Below, piece by piece: positions 9,514-17,306 of a DNA stretch of 64,000 bases. Numbering within the stretch: the stretch's first letter is position 1; every line of letters starts with the position of its first letter. The stretch is from assembly GCA_965368975.1 (NCBI GenBank), contig CBDUPA010000024.1:23689-87688 (forward strand), in the 5' to 3' direction. The stretch comes from an uncultured bacterium. GTDB taxonomy: Bacteria; Acidobacteriota; Thermoanaerobaculia; Multivoradales; JAHZIX01. The position numbers and the translations under genes are program-made. Under the pieces are notes generated by a model. It searched no databases and had not been told where the DNA came from. It was given only the letters and a program-made list of their open reading frames with translations.

Positions 9514-10563
9514 TCAGGATCTAGGCGGAGTCGGCTCGACCCCTGGTGGCAGCAGTCGTATCCGTAGGTCCAGAGGTTCCGGTTCGCCGGAGAGTCGCAG
9601 GCGCAGCAGACCATCGTCTTGCAACAGCGACCGAGGGAGGTTGACGTTGAGCTGGTCGTTCTTGGGCCAGTGCTCAGCAAGACTCAAGAGAACTGTGCCG
9701 TCTGCAGCAAGGAGCTGTAACTCTAGGGTTGGGGCCACGGTGGGCAGAATCGGCAGCTCGATGTTGACGGAGGCCACCGGCCTGCTGCTGTGCGGAACCT
9801 GGACCTCACCGATCTCTGCGCGCTGACCCGCAAAGCGCGCGATCGTCTCCGGTTGGATGCTGACAGCCTGGTATTCCCCCAACTCCCGCTGCGCTCCCCA
9901 CCATCCCCATCCCACCCCCACCAACGCCACGGCCAGCACCGCCGCCAACGCCCGCAGCCACACCGGGGACGTCGGTGTCCGGCGCGCTGCCAGGTTGACG
10001 ACGTTGTCGACGCGACCAGCGCCTCCGCCGCCAGCCGTGTGCGCGGCTAGAGCCGTCAGGGCGGGGCGAATGGCCTCTTGGATCCAGTCCTGGTACAGGG
10101 GATCGAAATCGTCGTCTTCCTGGCGTGCCGAGGGGTCCAAGGTGCCGGATTCGAAGGCTTCGTGCACTTCGACGGCTCGTCGAAGCAAGGCTGCCGGCAA
10201 CTGGCCGACACAGTGAGCATCGGCCAGGGCCGGGGTGCGGGCCTCGGTTTCGGCGAGGAAGGCACAGCGGAGCGTGAGGGGGCCGGGGAAGAAATCGGCC
10301 GGAACGCGCAGGTCGCTGATTCCAGTCCACTCCCGGTCGTCTGCTGGAATCAGGGTCAGCGCTTGGTCCTGCGTTTTCAAGACCAGCCACCAGAGCGCCG
10401 CTTCGCAGGTCGGAAGGACCAGCAGGTCTCCCGGCTGCAGGGTGGCGCCGTGCCGCTGTGCCGGGCGGCTGAGCCGCAGTGCAGCCTCGCCGGTCTGCAG
10501 ACGCAGACGCTCTCGACGCTCAGCGGCGTAAGGGCTCGAGGGGGGTAGGCCTCCTTGCTTCAA
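9514..10563 (-). CDS. Single-pass membrane protein, putative anti-sigma-like partner
   Basis: Likely TTG start at 10563 with GGAG RBS, 14 nt after the upstream stop. Soluble N-domain, Gly linker with NVVNL, TM helix WLRALAAVLAVALVGVGWGWW, C-terminal beta-rich domain. Function is inferred from position only. Confidence 0.6.
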   Translation of the reverse strand: MKQGGLPPSSPYAAERRERLRLQTGEAALRLSRPAQRHGATLQPGDLLVLPTCEAALWWLVLKTQDQALTLIPADDREWTGISDLRVPADFFPGPLTLRCAFLAETEARTPALADAHCVGQLPAALLRRAVEVHEAFESGTLDPSARQEDDDFDPLYQDWIQEAIRPALTALAAHTAGGGGAGRVDNVVNLAARRTPTSPVWLRALAAVLAVALVGVGWGWWGAQRELGEYQAVSIQPETIARFAGQRAEIGEVQVPHSSRPVASVNIELPILPTVAPTLELQLLAADGTVLLSLAEHWPKNDQLNVNLPRSLLQDDGLLRLRLSGEPEPLDLRIRLLPPGVEPTPPRS

Positions 10564-10577
10564 ACTCGTCTCCCCGG

Positions 10578-11693
10578 TCAGTTGGGTGGCTCTCGCCGGC
10601 AGCCTTGGAGTAGCCGTCCGAGAGTGGCGTAGAGCTCCGCCAGCCGGTCGCGGGGGATGTCGAGCAATTCCGACACCTTGCGCCGCGACGGGAAGTCGTC
10701 GAGATCTTCCAGGCTGGCGGTGCGGCCATTCGGCAGTCTCAGCTCTCCGGCGGTACTCTCGGCACTGAACACACACAGGAAGCGCCAAAGGCGGTGTAGG
10801 TAGTCCAGGGTGCGGTGGCGAGCAGGCAGGTTGTCGATGGCGTCCTCGACGCAGCGTACCAGGGCGCGGAAGACGTTGTGGGCTTCGAAGTCGCAGGCCT
10901 CTGGCTGGACTTGGCGCAGGATCTGACCCAGGTCACTGTCCGCGTGCTCCTGGGGGACCACTTCACCGGCTTCGTAGAGCAGGGTGCTCCAGTGCGAGCG
11001 CACGTAGCGCTTGATGACGTCGAGCAGCTGCTTGACGGTGAAGCCGTGGATGCCTTCCGAGCGCAGTTGGGGCAGTTGGGAACGCAGCCTCTCGGCGACT
11101 TGCCGTCGCCGCTTGCCACGCGCGGTGATCAGGTCGGGCAGCAGGTCCTGAGCCCACACGGGCACGACCCGGTCGAGGCTCTGTTCGATGTCGGGCTCGA
11201 TGACGCCGCTGTCCGTGAAGCTGAGCCGCGTGTCGTTGCGCAGCACGCTGGTGCCGCCCAGGACGCGCAGCTGGCCGGCGTCGACAGCGCCCTTGAGCGC
11301 GGAGTGTGCCACCTCGAAGACCCGGTAGCCCAGGGGGTCGTTGGTGCGTTGACGCTCGAAGACGAAGTGCTTGATGTTGAGCCGGACGAGGCCGTCGATG
11401 TCGTCTTTGACTTCGAGCTGGTGGAGTAGCGCGTTCAGCCGATCTAGAAAGATGTAGGTATACGCATCCGCCGTCAGCTCTTCCAGCGCGTCGCCGCGCT
11501 CGCTGTGTTCATACCAGTGGCCATAGCCATGTACGCCCAGGTAGCTGGGTGGGCTTTCCCACAGTCCACGGCGATTCAGTTCGCGCTTCAGCCAGGCACG
11601 TAGGGCCTGCCAGACGAGGCGAAAAGTTTCGTTGTCGGGTGGCTCGCCCTGTGGGTCGAGCTGCCGCACGTAATCGGTAAATAGACCGTCCAA
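10578..11693 (-). CDS. Divergent sigma-factor-like / HTH regulator
   Basis: TTG start with GGAGGG RBS. Region-2-like helix DALEELTADAYTYIF; C-terminal HTH-like FPSRRKVSELLDIPRDRL. 371 aa with a long central insert. Confidence 0.55.
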   Translation of the reverse strand: MDGLFTDYVRQLDPQGEPPDNETFRLVWQALRAWLKRELNRRGLWESPPSYLGVHGYGHWYEHSERGDALEELTADAYTYIFLDRLNALLHQLEVKDDIDGLVRLNIKHFVFERQRTNDPLGYRVFEVAHSALKGAVDAGQLRVLGGTSVLRNDTRLSFTDSGVIEPDIEQSLDRVVPVWAQDLLPDLITARGKRRRQVAERLRSQLPQLRSEGIHGFTVKQLLDVIKRYVRSHWSTLLYEAGEVVPQEHADSDLGQILRQVQPEACDFEAHNVFRALVRCVEDAIDNLPARHRTLDYLHRLWRFLCVFSAESTAGELRLPNGRTASLEDLDDFPSRRKVSELLDIPRDRLAELYATLGRLLQGCRREPPN

Positions 11694-11922
11694 ATGAACT
11701 CCCTCCGAACAAGGGCTCCCCGCAGGGATCCTACAGCATCCCGCGTCGACGAAATTCTTTTCCTCCGTTTCCGGCCAAAGTTGATTGTTAGTGCGTTAGG
11801 CAGGGGTGAGTCGAAAAAATAGATTGACTCGCGTTTCGAAGTTCAGAAGCAGTGCCTGAGGCCCGTGAATAAGGGGCTTTGGGGAAAATTACAGAGGTTC
11901 TCTGTTAACCGGAGGTTTGTCA
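11694..11922. promoter_or_regulatory. AT-rich divergent intergenic control region
   Basis: Non-coding and visibly A/T-rich (gaaattctttttcc, cgaaaaaaatagattgact). RBS GGAGG at 11911-11915. No complete sigma70 -35/-10 pair identified. Confidence 0.5.
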
Positions 11923-13026
11923 ATGTTTGGAAGTAGTTCATTTGGTGTATTTGTTTCCGTGCGTGTTTTTCTAGTGTCTTGCGTGGTGGTTGTGGGGGTC
12001 GGGCTCTCGGGTGCTGAGCTGCTGGCTCAGAGCTCGGAGCCCGGCCCTGGTCTCAGCCGACACGCGCTAGGCACTTCCCCACTCGGCATCTCGGCCGACG
12101 GGCTGCGCACGGTACGTGGGGCTGAAGGCCCCGAGAGTGACTCGGGAGTTTGTGTTGCCACCGCGGCGGCGCAGCTGAACCGCATCCTGCCGCACTACGA
12201 GGGCATGATCCGGCGACCGGGTGACGCGTCGAGTCTCGACAAGTCGACCACGACCTACAGCGCGGACGTCATCACCTTCACCGCTTCGCCTACCGGCGGT
12301 TGCTCGGCGCATGTGGTGGAAGATGTCGACGAGTACGACGCTGACCTGGTGTCGATCTCCTTCAGCCCGCTGTGTGGTTCCAGCGTTACTCAGGAGACCG
12401 GTAGTGAAGACGACTACCTGACGCTCGATCCCACCGCCACCAGCGGCTGTACCGCGCACGTGGTGGAGGATGTCGACGAGTACGATGCTGACCTGGCGCA
12501 GGTCACCTTCGATGGCGGTGGCTGTGACGGCACGCTGACGGAGAGCTCGTCGAGCATCTACGTGCTGGACGGCACGGCCGGTTTCGACGCCGAGGTGCTG
12601 GCCATCCGCTTCGCCCGGACCTGCAGCGCCACCATGGCGCCGATCGCCGGCTTCGGCCCGCGCCTGGCGCTCACCTTCGATGGCGGCTGCAGTGCCAGCC
12701 TGGCAGACGACATCGATGCGGCACAGGTCGACGTCGTCACCCTGACCGTGCTCAGCGCCGGCTTCCTGCGCCTGCAGGCCGACGGTGCCGAGCTCGACGC
12801 GGTGCTCTTCGACGCCGGCGATTGGCTGGACGGCGCGCCGTTCTCCGAGGATGCGGCGGTGAGTGCGGGACGTCTGAGCCGCGACGGCAGCCTCTTCCTG
12901 CCGGTGGTGCCGGGCGCCTACACGCTGCACCTGCGCGGGGCGGCCGGCTTCGCTGGCGCCTACGAACTGCAGGCTGATTTGTTCGACGCTCCGGCGCCGG
13001 ACGGTGGTCTCTGCGGCGACCGCTGA
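11923..13026 (+). CDS. Secreted acidic protein with Cys-punctuated repeats and a C-terminal PPC-like domain
   Basis: ATG 11923 with GGAGG 7 nt upstream; hydrophobic signal-like N-terminus; duplicated AHVVEDVDEYDADL; C-terminal LDAVLFD...PGAYTLHL...GAYEL. Confidence 0.75.
   Translation: MFGSSSFGVFVSVRVFLVSCVVVVGVGLSGAELLAQSSEPGPGLSRHALGTSPLGISADGLRTVRGAEGPESDSGVCVATAAAQLNRILPHYEGMIRRPGDASSLDKSTTTYSADVITFTASPTGGCSAHVVEDVDEYDADLVSISFSPLCGSSVTQETGSEDDYLTLDPTATSGCTAHVVEDVDEYDADLAQVTFDGGGCDGTLTESSSSIYVLDGTAGFDAEVLAIRFARTCSATMAPIAGFGPRLALTFDGGCSASLADDIDAAQVDVVTLTVLSAGFLRLQADGAELDAVLFDAGDWLDGAPFSEDAAVSAGRLSRDGSLFLPVVPGAYTLHLRGAAGFAGAYELQADLFDAPAPDGGLCGDR
12307..12496 (+). repeat. Intragenic direct repeat, period 147 bp (49 aa)
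   Basis: gcgcatgtggtggaagatgtcgacgagtacgacgctgacctgg (12307) versus gcgcacgtggtggaggatgtcgacgagtacgatgctgacctgg (12454). Confidence 0.85.
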
Positions 13027-13134
13027 CGCTATCGACGTGCACCGGTGTGCGCGCCGGTCGTGTGCAACTCGATCCCCCCTCGGCCTCAGGTCGAGGGGGA
13101 GTTTCTGCGTAGGCTCTATGACAGACTGAGGGCC

Positions 13135-13350
13135 ATGGAGAAGACGCAGCCTTCGCCGCCATGGAACCCAGTGGTACCGAACGCGCCGCCATCGAAGTCA
13201 GCAGCGGAGCAGCAACGTATCGAGCGCGTCGCCCGCTCGGCGGTCGAGCTGCACCCGTGCGTGTGGGCGGAGTTTATCGAGCACGCTTGCGGTGACGACC
13301 GACTGCTGGAGCGCGATGTCGTGCGCCGTCTCGAGCTGCGCTTGAAGTAG
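13135..13350 (+). CDS. Small protein resembling the N-terminal helical cap of ECF-associated Ser/Thr kinases
   Basis: QRIERVARSAVELHPCVWAEFIEHACGDDRLLERDVVRRL resembles the pattern WxxIExLFxxALExxPxERxAFLxxACGxDxxLRxEVxxLL. 71 aa from ATG 13135. Confidence 0.55.
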   Translation: MEKTQPSPPWNPVVPNAPPSKSAAEQQRIERVARSAVELHPCVWAEFIEHACGDDRLLERDVVRRLELRLK

Positions 13351-13375
13351 AAGGTAGCGCCCGCGAGAGAAGGCC

Positions 13376-14353
13376 TTACCAGTTCAGCAAGCGGGCGAAG
13401 ATCAACGGTGCGACGATGGTGGCATCGGACTCGATGATGAACTTCGGCGTGTCCACCTCCAGCTTGCCCCAGGTGATTTTCTCGTTGGGCACGGCGCCGG
13501 AGTAGGAGCCGTAGCTGGTCGTCGAGTCGCTGATCTGGCAGAAGTAGCCCCACATCGGGATGTCTTCCAGGTCCAGATCCTGGTGCAACATCGGCACCAC
13601 GCAGATCGGGAAGTCACCGGCGATGCCGCCGCCGATCTGGAAGAAGCCGATCGAACCTTGTTCGCTGGTCGCCTGGTACCAGCGTGCCAATTGCATCATG
13701 TACTCGATGCCGCTGCGCACGGTGCGCGGGTCTTTCAGCTCGCCGGCCAGGCAGGCGGCTGCGAAGAAGTTGCCGAGCGTCGAGTCTTCCCAACCAGGGA
13801 CGAAGATCGGCAAGTCCTTCTCCGCGGCGGCGACCATCCAGCTGTTCCTCGGGTCGATCTGGTAGTGCTCTTCGAGACTGCCCGAGCGCAGAACCCGGTA
13901 CAGGAACTCATGCGGGAAGTGGCGCCGCCCTTCTTGGTCCGCGGCGCACCACTCGCGCTTGACGTGCACCTCCAGCCGCCGCATCGCTTCTTCCTCGGGG
14001 ATGCAAGTATCGGTGACCCGGTTGAGGTGACGGTCGAGGAGCTCCTGCTCCTGCTGTGGCGTCAGATCCCGGTAGTGGGGCACGCGCACGTAGTGGTCGT
14101 GGGCCACCAGGTTGAACAGATCTTCCTCCAGGTTGGCACCGGTGCAGCTGATGGCGTGGACCTTGTCTTGGCGGATCAGCTCGGCCAAGGACAGCCCGAG
14201 CTCAGCGGTACTCATCGCACCGGCCAGGCACACCAGCATCTTGCCGCCATCCTCGAGGTGTGCGGCGTAGGCGTCAGCGGCGTCGACCAGGGCAGCGGCG
14301 TTGAAGTGGCGGTAATGGTGGTGGATGAACTGGGTAACGGGACCTTGGCTCAT
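13376..14353 (-). CDS. Deoxyhypusine synthase-like protein (DHS / homospermidine synthase family)
   Basis: LAGAMSTAELG, SCTGANLEED, LNRVTDTCIPEE, PGWEDSTLG, IGGGIAGDF, GSYSGAVPNEKITWGK (catalytic Lys equivalent), IESDATIVAP. RBS GAGGAG before ATG 14353. Confidence 0.92.
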   Translation of the reverse strand: MSQGPVTQFIHHHYRHFNAAALVDAADAYAAHLEDGGKMLVCLAGAMSTAELGLSLAELIRQDKVHAISCTGANLEEDLFNLVAHDHYVRVPHYRDLTPQQEQELLDRHLNRVTDTCIPEEEAMRRLEVHVKREWCAADQEGRRHFPHEFLYRVLRSGSLEEHYQIDPRNSWMVAAAEKDLPIFVPGWEDSTLGNFFAAACLAGELKDPRTVRSGIEYMMQLARWYQATSEQGSIGFFQIGGGIAGDFPICVVPMLHQDLDLEDIPMWGYFCQISDSTTSYGSYSGAVPNEKITWGKLEVDTPKFIIESDATIVAPLIFARLLNW

Positions 14354-14448
14354 GATCTGTCTCCTCGGCGGATCGTCGGACCGGCTGGGCGCTAGCTTCC
14401 GCACTGGGGCCAGCGAGCTCTGAAGAAGGAAACCCTATCAAGAATTTT

Positions 14449-15525
14449 TCAGGGTTGGTGTTCGGCCTGCTGGCGGTTCTGCTGCATCTGTAGCGGTACC
14501 TTCGATGCGGCACCAGGGATCTCGCGCACCAGCTTGGGGACCAGGTAGCCCGGTAAGCGGGCCAGTAAGCCGCCGTAGAGACCCAGGGCCTCGAGCTCGG
14601 GAACATCGAAGTGGTGTGCGCCCTGCACTGGGTCGAGCAGGTTGAGGTAGTAGGGCAGCGCGCCGCATTCGAAGAGGCGTTCACTCAGCCGGGCCAGGGT
14701 CTCGACGTTGTCGTTGACGCCGCGCAGCAGTACTGCCTGATTTAGCACCGTGACGCCGGAAGCGCGCAGGCGACCGATGGCGGCGGCGACCTCGGCATCC
14801 AGCTCTCGAGCATGGTTGGCATGGAGCACCAGCACCGGCGTCAAGCGTCCGCCGGTCAGCCAGGCGAGCAGCGCATCGTCGACGCGCGCGGGCAGCACCA
14901 CGGGCTGGCGGCTGTGTACGCGCAAGCGCCGCAGGTGCGGGATGGCGGCCAGTTCGCCAGCCAGCCGCGCCAGGGTGTCGTCGTGCAGCGACAGTGGATC
15001 GCCGCCGCTGAGCAGAACTTCCGTGATCGACGGGTCGGCCGCCAGGTAGTCGAGGGCTGCTTGGTGCTGCGAGCGGTGGACGGCCTGGTCAGCGTAAGGA
15101 AAGTGGCGGCGGAAGCAGTAGCGGCAGTGGATGGCGCAGGCACCGGTGAGCACCAGCAGGGCACGCCCACGGTACTTGTGGAGCAGGCCGGGGACGCCGG
15201 GGCTCGCCTCGGTCTCGGCCTTCGAGGTTCCGACCTCGGCCAAGGGGTCGCGAGAAAAACCCGCCACGGCCTCCTGCTCGACGTCTCGCGGCAATACCTG
15301 CAGCAGCAGCGGATCGCGTGCATCACCCCGCCGCATGCGAGCGACGAAGCCACGCGGCACGCGCAACGGGAATTGCTGCTGCGCACCACGGGTGGCCAGC
15401 ACGGAAGGCACGTCGACATCTTGGCGGTCGAGGTCGAGCAGGCTCAGTAGCTCGTCGAGGTCGGTGACGGCGTCCGCCAGCTGGCGCTGCCAGAGTGGTA
15501 CATCCCGGTGTGCACGCGATATCAT
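14449..15525 (-). CDS. epmB: EF-P beta-lysylation protein EpmB (lysine 2,3-aminomutase, radical SAM)
   Basis: [66 protein letters not shown]; divergent from efp. Confidence 0.93.
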   Translation of the reverse strand: MISRAHRDVPLWQRQLADAVTDLDELLSLLDLDRQDVDVPSVLATRGAQQQFPLRVPRGFVARMRRGDARDPLLLQVLPRDVEQEAVAGFSRDPLAEVGTSKAETEASPGVPGLLHKYRGRALLVLTGACAIHCRYCFRRHFPYADQAVHRSQHQAALDYLAADPSITEVLLSGGDPLSLHDDTLARLAGELAAIPHLRRLRVHSRQPVVLPARVDDALLAWLTGGRLTPVLVLHANHARELDAEVAAAIGRLRASGVTVLNQAVLLRGVNDNVETLARLSERLFECGALPYYLNLLDPVQGAHHFDVPELEALGLYGGLLARLPGYLVPKLVREIPGAASKVPLQMQQNRQQAEHQP

Positions 15526-15670
15526 GAGCGGCCGTCCCGTGGACGCAAGAGATCTTCGACTTCCCGGACGCTCACGGTACGGTCCAGCCCCCATCGAGAC
15601 AGCGGTCGAAGAGCATCCCGTTCAAGAAACACCATCGCGGTGCAAGCATAGCGGCAACGCAGGAGGAATG

Positions 15671-16234
15671 ATGGCCACCTACAACACCAATCAGCTACGC
15701 AACGGCCTCAAGCTGTTGATCGACGGCGAACCGTGCAACATCGTCGACATCGATTTCGTCAAGCCGGGCAAGGGCCAGGCGTTCGCGCGTGTCAAGATTC
15801 GCAACCTGCTCAACGGCCGTGTGCTGGAGAAGACGTTCAAGTCGAGCGAGTCGCAGGAAGGCGCCGACGTCATGGAAACCAACATGCAGTACCTGTACAA
15901 CGACGGCGAGTACTGGCACTTCATGGATCCCAACAGCTACGAGCAATACCAGGCCGACGAGACCGCCTGCGCCGACGCCAAGCAGTGGATCTTGCCTGAG
16001 GACGTGTGCACCGTCACGCTGTGGAACAGCTCGCCGATCTCCGTGGCGGCGCCCAATCACGTCGAGCTGACCATCACGCAGAGTGACCCGGGCGTCAAGG
16101 GCGATACGTCTTCGGGTGGCACCAAACCGGCGACCCTGGAGACTGGCGCGGTGGTCAAGGTGCCGCTGTTCGTGCAGGAAGGCGAGAAGATCAAGGTCGA
16201 TACCCGCACTGGTGAGTACCTCTCGCGAGCCTGA
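15671..16234 (+). CDS. efp: Elongation factor P
   Basis: [10 protein letters not shown] modification loop, [34 protein letters not shown]; AGGAGG RBS. Start is ATG 15668 or 15671. Confidence 0.97.
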   Translation: MATYNTNQLRNGLKLLIDGEPCNIVDIDFVKPGKGQAFARVKIRNLLNGRVLEKTFKSSESQEGADVMETNMQYLYNDGEYWHFMDPNSYEQYQADETACADAKQWILPEDVCTVTLWNSSPISVAAPNHVELTITQSDPGVKGDTSSGGTKPATLETGAVVKVPLFVQEGEKIKVDTRTGEYLSRA

Positions 16235-17294
16235 CGCCTCCTCGGGCGCGTGCCGCGCACCGAGGTGGCGCCCGACGGCGACGCTCGAGACGCTGCGCCA
16301 GCGTGGCGCCATCTTGGCCGAGCTGCGAGCCTTCTTTGCCGAGCGTGGTGTGCTCGAGGTCGAGACGCCGCTGCTCGGCCGCGCCAGCGTGACGGCCGTG
16401 CACTTGCACAGCTTTTCCTGCACCTATCAGCCGCCCTTCGGCCAGGATCTCCCGGGCGAGCGGCTCCCTCCTGACGAGTCGCGCCTCTACCTGCAGACTT
16501 CCCCCGAGTACGCGCTCAAACGCCTGCTGGCCGCCGGCGCGGGGGCCATCTACCAGCTCGGCAAGGTGTTTCGCGACGGTGAGGCCGGCAGCCGTCACAA
16601 CCCCGAGTTCACCATGTTGGAGTGGTACCGCCCGGGCTGGGACTACCACCGCTTGATGGATGAGGTCGACGAGCTGCTACAGCGTATCCTGGGCACGCGC
16701 CCGGCCGAGCGTGCCAGCTACCGCGACGTCTTCCGGCGCCATCTTGGCCTCGATCCACACCAAGCAACGGGGGCTGAGCTGCGCGCCGTGGCGGCGCGCG
16801 CCGGCCTCGACGTCGAGGCGCTAGGACTCGAGGCGGACGACCGGGACGGTTGGCTCGATGCCCTGATGAGCTTGGTCGTCGAGCCGCGCTTGGGGCTCGA
16901 CGTGTCCGGGGGCAGGCAGCCTCTCCTGCTGCACGGCTACCCGGCGTCGCAGGCCGCGCTGGCGCGCCTCGGCCGCGACGAGGAGGGAACGCTGGTGGCC
17001 GAGCGCTTCGAAGCGTATGTCGACGGTGTCGAACTGGCCAACGGCTACCAGGAGTTGACCGACGCCGCTGAGCTGCGCCGCCGCTTCGAGGACGACCTCG
17101 AACAGCGACGCCTCCGGGGCCTGCCCGCGGTGCCGCTCGACGAGCGGTTGCTGGCGGCCCAGGAGGCGGGCTTTCTGGAGGTCGGTCTGTCGGCGTGTGC
17201 CGGTGTGTCGGTCGGCGTCGATCGTCTGGTGATGCTGGCTGTCGGTGCCCGTCGCATCGAGGACGTGCTCACCTTTCCGATCGACCGCGCCTAG
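16212..17294 (+). CDS. epmA: EF-P lysine--(R)-beta-lysine ligase EpmA (GenX/PoxA)
   Basis: [75 protein letters not shown]. Probable GTG start at 16212, overlapping the efp 3' end. Confidence 0.93.
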   Translation: MSTSREPDASSGACRAPRWRPTATLETLRQRGAILAELRAFFAERGVLEVETPLLGRASVTAVHLHSFSCTYQPPFGQDLPGERLPPDESRLYLQTSPEYALKRLLAAGAGAIYQLGKVFRDGEAGSRHNPEFTMLEWYRPGWDYHRLMDEVDELLQRILGTRPAERASYRDVFRRHLGLDPHQATGAELRAVAARAGLDVEALGLEADDRDGWLDALMSLVVEPRLGLDVSGGRQPLLLHGYPASQAALARLGRDEEGTLVAERFEAYVDGVELANGYQELTDAAELRRRFEDDLEQRRLRGLPAVPLDERLLAAQEAGFLEVGLSACAGVSVGVDRLVMLAVGARRIEDVLTFPIDRA

Positions 17295-17306
17295 CTGCCA
17301 ATGGTT

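Noticed and set aside
2829-11693. Type III-E CRISPR (Craspase) locus
   Set aside because: No Cas7-11, other cas gene or array in the window; only the protease/sigma logic is analogous.
11824-11852. TTGACT as a sigma70 -35 box
   Set aside because: No credible -10 hexamer at 16-18 bp spacing.
15131-15667. Apparent 180-aa N-terminal extension of EF-P
   Set aside because: It overlaps epmB on the other strand; a strong AGGAGG RBS marks the real start at 15668/15671.
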